A stretch of DNA of 64,000 nucleotides, from contig NW_021833247.1 of NCBI RefSeq assembly GCF_006345805.1, positions 1 to 64,000 of the forward strand. The letters are read 5' to 3'. Origin of the DNA: Octopus sinensis. Its lineage: Eukaryota. The position numbers and the translations under genes are program-made. The notes beneath the pieces are model-generated. The model had not been told where the DNA came from. It did no database searches and saw only the letters and a program-made list of their open reading frames with translations. Positions 24,870-38,621 of this stretch are shown piece by piece; the stretch's first letter is position 1; the number at the start of each line of letters is the position of its first letter.

Positions 24870-25445
24870 CTTACCATTCCTGAGGTATGACTCTGAAACA
24901 TGGATTTGTTATGAAAGACATTTCAAATTGTTAGAGCGGTTCCACCAAAATGCCTTCGTTGCATTCTAAACATTAAATGAAACTTGTTTACTTCAGACAC
25001 AGATGACTTTGCATCTGCAGGCATCAATTCACTTAAATCAATGATCTTGAAGAATCAAAAGAGATGGTCTGGCCACGTCGTTCGAATGGCGGAAGAATGC
25101 ACAGCCAAACACTTGTTTCATAGCGAAATTGTAGAAGGGAAACGCGATCATTGTAAGCATAAAAAGAAGGTTTAAGGACTGTGTAAGGACTATGAAGTCA
25201 TTTGGAATGAATCCAGAGGCCATAGAAACCCTTGCTTCGGATCGAGTTGCATGACGAACAAGTGTGGATTGCGGTGAAAGCTTTTGACGAAACCAGGATG
25301 AGCCATACGAAACTCAAAAATAAATTTTAAAAAAAACCTGCGATCAACGAGAAAACTAATTGCTAAAACTTCTTTGTGTGCACAATTTGTGACAGACTGT
25401 GCATTTCTTTTGCTGGGTTCCTAATATCATTTGCGGACCCATGAA
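24870..25445 (+). mobile_element. RTE (BovB-like) LINE 3' fragment, decayed
   Basis: SETW..YERHFKLLERFHQ.CLRCIL..., RWSGHVVRM, and a terminal C..C zinc-finger remnant. Confidence 0.78.
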
Positions 25446-26128
25446 AAACGAACCTCCACCAACAACTCTGCCTATATGTTTGTGCACACCTTTCAATGCC
25501 ATAAGGTCTGCAAATCTAACGGGGACCTCAAATGACATTTTAAGGTCCACAAAGATAAGAATTTAACTACTGCTTTGGTGGTCCAAATCGGATATACAAT
25601 CTATATTGGTGTCTTTTCAATACATTGTATGATTTATAAGGCCACATCAGACGCCATGATGGATCTATTCAATTTGACGTACAGATTTTTTAATTAATTT
25701 TTTTAAAAACGAAACACTGAAACTTCGAATACTGGTAGAATGTCTCACAAAGAACAGGGTTTACTCTTAACGTTTTTGACAAAATTTTGTATTTTAAAAG
25801 TTATTTCGTATTAAAGTTGTCGTATTTGGGTAATTTTAACCAATCAATGACAAGTATTCTGCTGAAGAAAATTACAGCTGCTGTTTGCGAACAACAACTT
25901 CCGGATCATCTGCAGTAACCGCGCGTGGTGTATTTCGTTTGTACTTCACCTTGGCTGCTGTGTTTTTGGATATTTTTCACTGTTGTCTTTTTTTTTGCGT
26001 GTACCTATTTTCATCAGTCTTGTTTTATTTTATTTTTGTTTACCTGCCTGTTTGATTTTAACTTTTGTTTTATCTTAGTTTAAATTTTGATTACTTGTGT
26101 GCCTGTTTGATTTTTTGTATTTTGAAAA

Positions 26129-26986
26129 ATGGCTGGTCTATTCAATTTCATAGATACAATAAAAACTGATGCGGCAGCATACTTGGCAGAGAAGGTTATC
26201 ATACCCTCTGTTAAGAAGTGTAAAAATGGGCACTTTACGAAAAAGAAAGTAGTCCGGGAGAATGTTTGCTGGCGGCGCAGTCGCAAAGGCTGCAACGAGA
26301 CTGTATCCATCAGAAAAGGGACATGGCTGGAAGGTGGCACACTTCCTCTGCGGACTGTGGTCATATTTTTGGGGGCTCTTGGGTCAAGGACCTGACTACA
26401 ATCCGTTATGGTGTAGAAGAACTGGGGATGAGCCACGCTACAGCTGTGGATTACAATAGTAATGTGCGAGAAGTATGCGCACAGGACTTACTCATCAACC
26501 CAGTTCAAATAGGTGGTCCTGGGAAGATTGTCAAGATAGGTGAGACAATCTTCTCTAAGAGAAAGTACAATTGGGTTTTCGGAGGAGTGTGTCGCGTGAA
26601 CAGTCAAGTTTTCCTCCATGCAGTACCTTGTCGGAATCGCGACACACTCGAAGAATGCATCCACCGTTCGATTCTCTCGGGAATCGCAATATTTAGCGAC
26701 CTGTGGAAGGCGTATTCGCATATTCCAGAGATAGAAAGGATATAATTTTCTACATAGAACGGTGAACCACAGCGTCGAGTTTGTTAACTCCATTGATAGA
26801 AGCCACACGCAACAAGAGGAAGGCACTTGGGCGTGTGAGAAACGGAATGATAAGCGACGGTGTGGTACACACCGTTCTATGATTGATTCCTATCTCTGTG
26901 AATTCATGTGGAGGCGCAGATACGAAAATTGTGACCTTTGGGGAAAATTATTGCAGTGCATTGCAAGCTTTCCAAATCTTGATTAA
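26129..26986 (+). mobile_element. Merlin (IS1595/ISXO2-like) DNA transposase pseudogene
   Basis: SIRKGTWLE, IGGPGKIVKIGET (normally ..IDES), KRKYN/WVFGG, IFSDLWKAY, VNHSVEFV, HTQ..EG.W, YLCEFMWRRR; frameshifted. Confidence 0.9.
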
Positions 26987-28782
26987 ATGCATTCGTGTAT
27001 AAATTGATGTATCTCTGCCTATTTACTTCTTACACCTGCTTGCTTTTTTTTCTTCTTTTTTATTTGCTTATTTTCAATAATTAGGCCAGCCGTTTTTTTT
27101 TTCTATGCTTCTCTGCCTGTACTGCCGCATTAAAATTGATTTAATCTCTGCTTGTATCTGTCAAAGTATCCTGCGTTGGTATGTATAGCACACCTACACG
27201 ATTATTATCTCATTTATACCTCTGTCTGAACTCTATGCGTACTTCCATGGAATGGATGCTACTGTACTTTTCAAAGTGTAATATCCTGCATTAAAATTGA
27301 TTTAATCTTTATCCGTTTGTTTTGTTTTTCCTTTTGTTTACATCGTGTACATGTCGCGGCATGGGTTAGATTAGGGTTAGAGCTATGATTCAGAATTAGG
27401 GTTAGACAGCATGCTAAAGTGCAAATGACAATATATACTGTATGCTAAAGTGGCACTAAAGATTTATTGAAACAGATTACATATCAGAAATTAAGTCATG
27501 AAAGGATTAGCAGCGTCAGCACACTTTACTTCACATTTATATGTTTCTAAGGGCAATGAAATAAAATACTAGATAAGTCCTGGGTCAATAGAGTTGACTA
27601 ATTGTGTCTTCCTATAACGTCTCTTGCTTTGTGCCTTTGTTAGAAATTCTTGTTATTACTATTATATAGTGCAAGCGAGAGGCAAAATGATGTTCAGAGA
27701 ACATCTGCAGGCTTTCCCAAACTGTTAATGTGAATGTAGATGACGTCTTTTTTTTCATCTTCTGTAAATTACTGTCTGATGAGAAAGTGATTCCGTGTAG
27801 AGGTTGCAATTCTGGAGAGAAATGATTGGATAAAATATTTGGTATAAGGTTTGAGTTGTGAGACATGTTAAAGACGATGATGTGTGGCCAGTTTGATATA
27901 GGTTACAGCTTATTAATTCACAAGAATAGCAGAGGCTGTTGGGTTTTTTCTCTGCTTTATTTGAAGAATTTGGCTGAGCAAAGGGTCAGTGTCCTTGGCT
28001 TTTGCATTCCTTCTGAGACGAACGGCAAGAGCTGTGCCTATGGTCTTTTCAGGCTACTCAAAACTGGTAAGATTGACACAGTTGATCTTGAATAATATCA
28101 TATTGATGGCTGCAGAAGAAAAACATGGACAAGGGATTTTCATAAGGCTGACAATCTGGTAAGAAATGATTAAATGCTTGGTTTGCAGGTGAAATACAAC
28201 CTACGTAAGCTTGGAACCTCTCGTCACCAGATGCTGTAACGTGGTTTGTATCCAATATAGTAGTACCAACACTATTGGGATGATGGCCTACCATACACGA
28301 TGCCAGTGTGATATAATAACAAGATAATGCAGCAGCAATAAGAACGTAACAATCCAACAATCTCTCACGAACCAACGATAAATATTCCAAATGAACAAAC
28401 CAACCGACACTTTCCAACTTCACTATGAAATAACACGAACTTCTACGAACCATATATACTCTCTCGGTTCAGTCCATTCCTTACAAGAGGGTATCTTGAC
28501 TCTCATCACAAAACTGAGATTGTAAGCGGTGACTTGTGGTTACTAACTTTGTTCAGCCGACATATTTCCATTTACTTCTTACGGTTCTGTTACTGCTGTT
28601 GTTGCTGCTGTTACTGCTGGAAACCACTTCAGTCTGGTTCTGGCATTTATACGAACAATGTAGACAATTGACAAACATCAAATACCACAATACATAAATT
28701 CTTTATTTATTAAAATTATCTTCAATTTATAGAAGAAGTATCATAATTACCAAATGGTAATCGATTAACATATTCTACAATA

Positions 28783-30745
28783 CTGTAGACAGGGCCGTTA
28801 GAAAGGAAAAGCCTGGAATGCCTGGAAGAGTAGTGGTAGCAGGAGAATGTATCAGATAGCCAAAAGGGAAGCTAAGGGACAGGTATATATAGCCAAAGGA
28901 GTAGCAGAAAAGAAAAACTTTGCCAATGTTCAGCAAGGTGAGGACCAGAAGATTGAAGTATTTCAGATTGCAAGACAGTGTGTGAGAGAAAACCGTAATG
29001 TCATAGGAGAGAAATGTGTCCACATGGATGATGGTGCACTTGGGTTTAATGATTCTGCAAAGGAAGAGGCTTGGGGAAGCCATTTCGAAAGACTGCTGAA
29101 TGTGGAGAATGAATGGGAGGAGGAGAGTCTGCCAAAGGTTGACTCAATTGAGGGACCAGCTATCTGAATTGACAGTAACCAGGTAGATAAAGCTATCAAG
29201 AACATGAAGACAGGGAAAGCACCTGTCCCATCAGGAATCTGCTGGGATGCTTAACATATCGGGTGGTGTGGGTTATGGTCTTGTCACCCGCATCGTAAAT
29301 CAGGATCTTCATAAAGGAGTCATAATCAACTGCTATAAGGAGAAAGGTGATGCTTTAGATAGAAATAAATACAGGGGTATCAAATTACTGGATCAGGTGA
29401 TGAAAGTTACAGAGAGTCATAGTCCAACTAATTAGGGAGAGAGTTAGCCCAGATGAGATGCAGTTCTGTTTTGTGCCAGGTAGAAGCACATTTCTGATAA
29501 GGCAACTCCAGGAGAAATACCTAGCCAAAGATAAACCTTTGTACTTTACTTTTGTTGACTTGGAGAAAGCCTTTGACAGGGACCCCCGAACCCTTATCTG
29601 GTGGTCAATGCGGAAACTGGGAATAGACGAGTGGCTCGTAAGAGCTGTACAGGCTCTGTACATAGTGAAGAATTCCGAGTAGAAGTAGGGGTTCACCAAG
29701 GATCAGTCCTCAGCCCTTCTTATTCATTATAGTCCTCCAGGCAATAACAGAGGAATTCAAGACAGGCTGCTCCCGGGAACTCCTCTATGCTGATGACATT
29801 GCTCTAATAGCCGAGTCACTGCTAGAACTAGAGACAAAGTTTAGGGTGTGGAAGCAAGGTCTAGAATCGAAGGGCCTTAGGGTTAACCTAGCCAAAGCCA
29901 AGGTCTTAGTAAGTAGGAAGGCTGTCAAATCACAACTTACTTCAGGTAGATGGCCCTGCTCGATCTTTAGAAAAGGCTTGGGTAGAAACTTCATACTATG
30001 CACCCGGTGTAAGCTATGGACACATAAAAAGTGCAGCAATATCAAAGGAAGGTTAAGCCGGAAAATAGTTTTTGTGTGTGGCAGATGCACTGGGGCAATA
30101 AACACTGAAGATATACAGAAAACAGATTCCATCACATATCAGGAGAAGAAACTAGAAGTAGTTAATACCTTCTGCTACCTAGGGGCCAAGTCTGTAATGG
30201 GGGTGATTGCTCTGAGAGTATAGCGACTAGAGTGAGAATAGCCTGGTCAAAGTTCAGGGAGCTCCTACCTCTGCTGGCAACTAAGTGTCTCTCGCTCAGG
30301 GTGAAGGGTAGACTGTATGATGCATGTGTGCGAACTGCCATGCTACACGGCAGTGAAACATGAGCCATGAATGCTGAAGACATGCGTCGACCTGAAAGGA
30401 ATGAAACTAATATGATCCGCTGGATGTGTAACGTCAGTGTGCATACATGACAGAGTGTAAGCACCCTGAGAGAAAAGTTGGGCATAAGAGGCATCAATTG
30501 TGGCGAAGAAGAGAGGCGACTGCGCTTGTATGGCCATGTGTTGCGTAGGGAGGAAGACAGCTGTGAGAGAAAGTGCCATTCCCTAACTGTTGAAGGAACC
30601 TGTGGAAGAGGTAGACCAAGGAAGACATGAGATAAGGTGGTGAAGCATGACCTTCGAACAGTGGGCCTCACAGAGGCAATGACAGGAAACCGGAACCTTT
30701 GGAAACACGTTGTAATTGAGACGGCCCGGCAACTAAAGTGAAATC
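28783..30745 (+). mobile_element. RTE-clade LINE, 5'-truncated, frameshifted reverse transcriptase
   Basis: YRGIKLL, FVPGRST, FVDLEKAFDR, GVHQGSVLSP, LLYADD, C-terminal zinc finger, RLRLYGHV..GRGRPRKT. Confidence 0.95.
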
Positions 30746-30759
30746 GCAACCCACTGGGT

Positions 30760-30970
30760 ATTTGTTCCCATGGACTGGCCAGCTCAAAGTCTCGATCTAA
30801 ATCCGATCGATCACCTATGGAGAACTCTTGGTGAAGCTATCAGGAACACAACAATTAAGAATAAAGAGCATTTGTACCAAAATTTGAGAGAAGAATGGAG
30901 TAAAAATTGCGCCTAGCACCTGCAAGAAACTAGTTAATTCAATGCCTAACCGCATAAAAACTGTTTTAAT
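30760..30970 (+). mobile_element. Tc1-family transposase C-terminal fragment
   Basis: MDWPAQSLDLNPIDHLW (WP.QSPDLNPIE motif) followed by ...KLVNSMPNRIKTV after one frameshift. Confidence 0.85.
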
Positions 30971-31640
30971 ACATAGTGTATCTAGGACTACATTATACAG
31001 TGTCCCTTACTTTTAATGGAATGGCAGAGCTGACGTTAGGGTTACTACCGGCCGAGGAGTGGTTGTAATGGCTGTGGTGGTGGTGGTGGAAGTGATAGAT
31101 TGAAAATAGAATCAGACGGTTTAAAGCGTGATTCTGGTGGGTGTATGCCTTGCTAATATAAAGTCTATGGCTTTCGCATGAAAGTGTGTCGTATGATGTA
31201 GGAGTATAATATTATTAGCGGTGAGGGGGGGGAGGAAATCCATGTTGCTAAACTAGGAGAACAGAGGAGGACATATACGACGACACAGAGACATTAGATA
31301 GATAGAGAAAGAAAGAGATAGGAGAGAGAGTGAGAGGAGGAGGAGGGTAAGAGGAAGGGTTTCTCAAGTGATGGCATTACCAACGTGGTCACACCTAGCT
31401 AACAGACATCAAAAGTAATGGCTACGCACCATTTACGGAGGTTGACGAACAAACATTGTCGAGGAGTATGATGGCAGAGACAGCACTCAATGCACACGCA
31501 CACACACACACACACACGCACACATACACACACACATATACGCACATATATACACATATATAGACAATTAATTTATACGTTGATAGAAAGTCACTTTTAA
31601 ACATAGACAATTACACAAACGCACACATTTATATACATAC

Positions 31641-31704
<64 letters not shown>

Positions 31705-31776
31705 GTATATATATATATATATACATATATAATATATATATAAATAAAGCTTACTTATATACTATGTATATATATG

Positions 31777-31852
<76 letters not shown>

Positions 31853-32242
31853 AGTATATATGTGTGTGTATGCGTTGGGAACCCACTATTTCTTCTGGTT
31901 CATAGATTACACGGACATAAGAGAAAGCTAGTTTTCCTTGTATTTATATTCGACGCAACCCCCATGCCTCACCTTTTCAACCACAGCGATCATCACCACC
32001 ACCACCACCACCACCGCCACCACCACATCGGTAGCACCATGAGCGCCACTTGTTGCTACGCTCCTCTAACGCCAGCAAATTAGTTTCTTTGTTATTGCAG
32101 TTCCGCTCAGGCGCTCTCTAAACCATTTCACTTCCGGTATCTTTAGAATCATTTCATCTTTTATTACGACCATCATTCTTTACATATATATATCTTTTTT
32201 TCATGAAATAAACATCCCACTGTTTGTGCCCAGCTAGGAGTG

Positions 32243-32309
<67 letters not shown>

Positions 32310-32439
32310 TGTGTGTGTGTGTGTATGTATATATATAGACACACACATATATATACATATATACATATATATACACACACATACATATATACATATATAT
32401 ATCTATATATATATGCATATATATATATATGTGTGTGTA

Positions 32440-32527
<88 letters not shown>

Positions 32528-32699
32528 ATATATACATATATATATGCATATATATAACACACATATATATGTTTTCTGTGTATTATATATGTGCGTGTGT
32601 GTATAATGATACTTATATACATATGTATGTACAAGCATATATTACTTATTTACACGTATATTTACATATACATAGTTATGTATGTACACGTATATATTC

Positions 32700-32736
<37 letters not shown>

Positions 32737-33151
32737 GTATTTGGGGGGAAGTGTACATATATATATGTGTGAGTATACATTCATACTTATAGATGCATAT
32801 ATCTATATCGTTATATGAATATCTGTATTTACACACACACACGCACACACACACATACATACAAACACACACATATTTCTATGATGTTAAATGCAGATCT
32901 TTGTGATTCTCTGTCGATTTTTATACGAAGCCACACCTTAATCTCTTCGTGTATATCTGAGTGTGTTCGCCTGCTTGTGACTGTATTTATGAGTGGTTGT
33001 GTGTGAATGTGTGTTTGTGTGTGTTTGTGTGTATGTGCACGCACGTATGTGTGTGTGTGAGTTTTATATTTGAAGACACACCTTTCACCCATGTTTCTAA
33101 TCATCCACCACACTGTGCGTATAATGTCTCAAGGTATATGCATGTGTATGC

Positions 33152-33212
<61 letters not shown>

Positions 33213-33306
33213 TAAGGGTAGAAATTGATATTAATCAATTAAAACCAGTGGTCTAGCATATTTTAAAAAATCCAAAGATTTATATATATATATATATATA
33301 TATATA

Positions 33307-33361
<55 letters not shown>

Positions 33362-33383
33362 ATATATATATATATATATACAT

Positions 33384-33427
<44 letters not shown>

Positions 33428-33653
33428 TATATATATATATATATATATACATGTATACATACAATATATATATATATATATATATTATGTGAAATAGAAA
33501 GATGAATAATCTTGTTGTAGATTAATCAATTCTTCAGCCACCGGTTCTCAGCAAACACTGATAAACAGTTTCGCCATGGGCTCTTAGGAGCATAGTTCGA
33601 TTTGGTTTTTGCTCCGCCTCTGTTCTGTTTTTGTTTCTCTAACGGATTTCCTT

Positions 33654-33743
33654 TTTTCTTCCTGAAGAGAAAGACACAATATGGTCCCATTATTCAATCG
33701 GATTTTGGGAATTTGTGCCTTTCGAAACACGTGTAGAATGAAA
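33654..33743 (+). ncRNA. Minimal type I hammerhead ribozyme, apparently intact
   Basis: CUGAAGA 33662-33668; stem II GAAAGACACAA/UUGUGCCUUUC (10 of 11 pairs); GAAA 33724-33727; palindrome ACACGUGU 33727-33734; A17 at 33735; stem I 3 bp + mismatch + 4 bp. Confidence 0.82.
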
Positions 33744-33890
33744 TAAAACGATTTCTGTTCAATCTGCGTTCAGCTCCATTTCCTCAATTCACCAATAATG
33801 TTTATATATATATATATATATATATGCATGCAAATATATACATACAATATATACGTAAACACACGCACACATAAATATATAAACATATAC

Positions 33891-34057
33891 GCGTAGGAGT
33901 GGCTGTGTGGTAAGTAGCTTACTTACCAACCACATGGTTCCGAGTTCAGCCCCACTGCGTGGCACCTTGGGCAAAGGTCTTCTACTATAGCTTCGGGCCT
34001 TGTGAGTGGATTTGGTAGACGGAAACTAAAAGAAACCTGTCGTATATACGTATGTAT

Positions 34058-34120
<63 letters not shown>

Positions 34121-34161
34121 TCCCCCAACATCGCTTGATAACCGATGCTGGTGTATTTATG
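33891..34161 (+). mobile_element. SINE family A, 3'-truncated
   Basis: Family A head through accgatgctggtgt, with an expanded internal (TG)n. Confidence 0.85.
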
Positions 34162-34364
34162 GCTGACGTAACTCTGATAATATGTGAATGGTTGAGTATA
34201 CCTTAGCTACTCTCTTAGTTTCCTCAACACATCCGTACTCTTGCTGCGTGCAGCATATTACTAAACCGCTTTTAATTCCCGGAAGATGAGCAGCGATCCC
34301 TTCTCAATGGAGGTTTCATCAAAATCCCTGAATGGTTGATTGATGTTTACTAATATATCCTTTT

Positions 34365-34689
34365 GTACTCTTGGCACAAGGCCTGAGATTTTGAGGAGGG
34401 GACCAGTCGATTAGATCGACCCCAGTACGCAACTGGTACTTGGGTTAAGGACCCCGAAAGGATGAAAGACAAAGTCGACTTCGGCAGAATTTGAACTCAG
34501 AACGTAGCGGCGGACGAAATACCTATTTCTTTACTACCCACAAGGGGCTAAACACAGAGAGGACAAACAAGGACAGACAAACGGATTAAGTCGATTATAT
34601 CGACCCCAGTGCGTAACTGGTACTTATTTAATCGACCCCGAAAGGATGAAAGGCAAAGTCGACCTCGGCGGAATTTGAACTCAGAACGA
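34365..34689 (-). mobile_element. SINE B / B2 dimer, 5'-truncated
   Basis: A B body with tail is joined at GAAATAGG-TATTTC (34516-34529) to a second body ending in the B2 tail (...ctcaaaatctcaggccttgtgcc). Confidence 0.85.
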
Positions 34690-35320
34690 ACATATTGAAT
34701 AATGATTGTGTAAGATATATTGGATATGAAAACAGTGCAGTGTGGTCACAGTTGTGATATTCTTGACCGTTGGTCAGCAACGACAATCACAACAATGCTT
34801 TATCGACCTTGGAACCAAATGGGAAAGTGAACCGATCCATATTAAGAATCTCTCCCTTTTACTTAATACTCAGTGGGCAACCATGAGGGCCACAACATCA
34901 CATATTAACGATGATCTATGAATTAAAAGCAGTTGTTGCTGCTGCTGTTATTGGAGCTGTTGTTATAATTATTTTAGACCAAGTCATCTCTGACTGAGTA
35001 GAACACCAATGGAAGATATTCCGACCATGACCCCCTCCTAGAGTTTTGAGATACATTGTATCTAGATCTAGAACAACATTAATGTGGCTGTTCTCTTTGC
35101 TGCAATTCGAGTCTTATGTTGGCATGGATGGAGCGTCTGTGTATAAACGTGTGTGAGCATGGACATCTATCTGTCTATCTATCTATTTATCTATCTATTT
35201 TCTTCCTATCTCTCTCTCTCTCTCTATCTATCTGTTTATCTACCTATTTATTTATCTATCTGTCTATCTATCTGTGCGTGTGTGTGTATATATATATGTA
35301 TATATATATGTATATATATA

Positions 35321-35351
<31 letters not shown>

Positions 35352-36089
35352 GCATGTATGTTAACATATATATATATATGTATACACATACATACATACA
35401 TATACATATATGTATATATGTACATATACACACACGCACACTCACACACGTGCATACATAGACTTGCACAAACAAACACACACGCGCATACACACACAGA
35501 CACACACACACACACATACACACACACACACACATACACGCACTCTGTTCACGTGTGTAAGAGCAATCAAATCGTTCGTTTCAGCGTTTTCGTTTAAAAT
35601 TTAATTTGAACCCGAACTGGAAGCCAAGCAACTATTTTCGGTTTTGTAGACAGAAACACAGAAGTTCAACATTCTCGAAGTGTGGGAAAACCGTTTCTCA
35701 GAAATTTGATTCCAGGCTTTTAAGCCTTTTCGTAACCTTTACATGATTAAAAACGATTCCATTTCTCTAAGAAATGTTAGAAGGGAGATAGAGAACGATT
35801 GAGGAAATAGCTTACCAAATGTGATTTCGCTTTTCGACAGCAAGCACCGCAACTTTGATATTTTTAAATATATTTCGTTATTGCCATTATATTTTTATCT
35901 CAGCAAGAATTTAAAAAGTCGTTTCGTTTGTTTCATTCTAAAACCTGATCCGCAATGGTCTTCATTCTTGGTTTCGGTAATGTTATCTTCGAGGTTTCGT
36001 GTAGCCTCAGAATAATGACGAGAAGAAAGAGAAGATGCTGTATTTTTATATGGGTATACATACAAACACACACACACACACACGTATGT

Positions 36090-36150
<61 letters not shown>

Positions 36151-36296
36151 AGAAAACGATCACGTGATCAAGGCTATCCCATTGCATGAGATATTCACGC
36201 ATATGTGGAACATACGGCTATGGATATGCGGGCTATATAAATTTTCTAAAAATATACACAGTAGACACGCTCACAGTATACATACATACATACATA

Positions 36297-36490
36297 CCTA
36301 TTTCTTTACTACCCACAAGAGGCTAAACACAGAGGGGACAAGCAAGGACAGACAAACGGATTAAGTCGATTATATCGACCCCAGTACGTAACTGGTACTT
36401 ATTTAATCGACCCCGAAAGGATGAAAAGCAAAGTCGACCTCGGCGGAATTTGAACTCAGAACGTGCTAACAATTCTGCCAGCTCACCGCC
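36297..36490 (-). mobile_element. SINE B with internal deletion, in (CATA)n
   Basis: Head ctgccagctcaccgcc and tail cctatttctttactaccc; about 40 bp deleted before the B-box. Confidence 0.85.
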
Positions 36491-36554
36491 TACATACGTA
36501 CCCACACATTTTACACACACACCACACACACACACACACAACACATACATACGT

Positions 36555-36772
36555 TCTTTATCTATAATCTTTTGCTTGTTCCAGCCATTGAATTGCGACC
36601 ATGCTGGGGCACCACCGTAAAAAGTTTAGTCGAACAAATCGATCCCCAGTACTTATCTTTTAAGCCTGGTAGTCATTTTGTCGGTCACTTTTGCCGAACT
36701 GCTAGGTTACGGAGACATAAAGAAACCGATACCGGTTGTCAAGCGGTTCGTGAAGGGAGAAACACATACACA
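36555..36772 (-). mobile_element. Diverged SINE A-like 3' half
   Basis: ccatgctggggcacc...tagtcgaacaaatcga...ttttgccgaactgctagg...ggttgtcaagcg. Confidence 0.6.
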
Positions 36773-36851
36773 CATACATACATACATTCATGCATACATA
36801 CATACATACATACATACATACATACATACATACATACATTCATACGTAAGT

Positions 36852-36885
<34 letters not shown>

Positions 36886-38163
36886 ATACGTCGGGCTTGT
36901 TTCAGCAAACCTCGTCCCATGATGGGATATTCCTGCGTTAATTTATTTCCACTTTATTTGTTTATTTATTTGTATCACACTCACCGCTTGTACTCGATCT
37001 GCTAAACTCTGCTGCCAAATGTCCTTCAAATCCTATCTACATGTTATCGAGATGTTTGACCTGCATTCGTTATATTTTATAAGCAATCGTATCGGTCAAT
37101 GTGTTGACAGGACACTTTGATGAGAGACATTTGCCCAGCAAGTCACACACTGGGACTGAACCCGAAAGATGATTTTTTACAAAGTAAACTTCCTAACAAC
37201 CAAGCCGCCTTGTCCTACTTAATCCACCCTGGCCCTCCACCTAAGCTGCATTTTCTGTAATAAGGAATTCTTCTGTGAGGGAATCAAGTCTGTTGCCACA
37301 GCTTTGTTTATCTCTGTTGGCCGGGTGGTTGAGGAGCTCTCTTCGCAAATTCCAGGACATGGGATCGATCGCATTGTGTGACAGCTTGAACAAAATTATT
37401 TTACCACCGTATCGATGCACTTTAAGTTCTGTGAATCAAATGTGATTGCAGGAAACTGTGTGGAATCCCAGATAGACAACACCTTTAATCTGATGTGACG
37501 GCGAATCTGCTAACGTATTACTTTAAAGGCACAAGTCCCTGAGGAATACTGGGCCACTGACACCATAAAACAATTTAAAGTTTTGTTAACCAATGACTTT
37601 GGAATACTCATCCGCATACAGTATAACACAACCTGTAGACTTTTCTGCTGATTGAGCAACTGGATCCTCACCGAAGAAATTGACGGAGGAGCCATTTATT
37701 AACCAGGGCGGAGGCGTGGTCAAAATAAAGCTATAGTCAGGAAAGAGGCAGGAGCAGAGAAGAGTTGTGGTCAGCGTGGAGGTAGGTGTGGTCAGAAAAG
37801 CATGTTCAGGGCGGAGCAAGGTCAAGGCAGAGGATTGGCATAGCCAGAGCAGATGCGTGTCATTAGAAGTAGCGAGGTATGGTCGGAGCGTCATTACGGC
37901 GAGGCGTTTTCACGGGAGAGGCAGGAGGCGGAGTGGTCACAAGAGCTGTGACCACAGAAATGTAAATTCGGCAAAGGGTGTGTCAGGCTCTTCTTTCTCT
38001 GATGCTGTTTAGTCCTGTGTGAGCACCTACGAAGCGAGGAGCAGTCTTCCGACCATTAGGTCTTTTCAATATATTGAAGACCACATTAAACAAACAACCT
38101 CCAAATGAACACTGCACACATCGTTTATCCAAATAATTGCCCACTTTTTGTATTTTATAAGGT

Positions 38164-38549
38164 ACTAGCAGTATCGCCCGGCGTTGCTCGGGTTTGTAAG
38201 GGAAATAACTATATAAGCATTTTTAGAGATGTAAAGTATAATAGCCATCTCAATATGGCTAACCACAAAGCGGGGTGTTACTGTAGCTTTTTACGTTCTG
38301 AGATTTAATAATACATTTTTAGAGAGTTACTTCCCTCATATAATAGCAAAAAAATGGGGAAAAAATGATGGTAATTTTTTTTTAAATCGTAGACTCATCG
38401 TAGACGCGCGTTAATACCCAGAAGGGCTCGATATGAATCACGACTATAAGATACCCGCTTTTGGTTAAACTGCACCGCAAAATGTGGGAGTAGTTAGGAA
38501 TCTAAATCGTAGGAGACAGACACACAACTTCACTTTTATATATAAAGAT
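38164..38549 (+). mobile_element. Non-autonomous Helitron/Helentron-like element (Lep1/DINE-1-type architecture)
   Basis: Starts T-ACTAGCAG..CGCCCGGCGTTGCTCGGG (5' hairpin) and ends ...CACACAACTTCACTTTTATATATAAAGAT. The family resemblance is recalled, not searched. Confidence 0.65.
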
Positions 38550-38621
38550 ATTGATTAAATAATGAAACTGATGCTTTCATGTATAACTGGTACGATTTAG
38601 GAGAGGTCTAACGTTATTTAA

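Noticed and set aside
27365-27410. TTAGGG telomere-like motifs
   Set aside because: Only two short copies, so not an interstitial telomere array.
27700-28330. Non-repetitive, moderately GC-rich stretch that might be a decayed coding relic
   Set aside because: No recognisable motif in any frame, and stop density is not clearly below random; a tBLASTx search would be needed.
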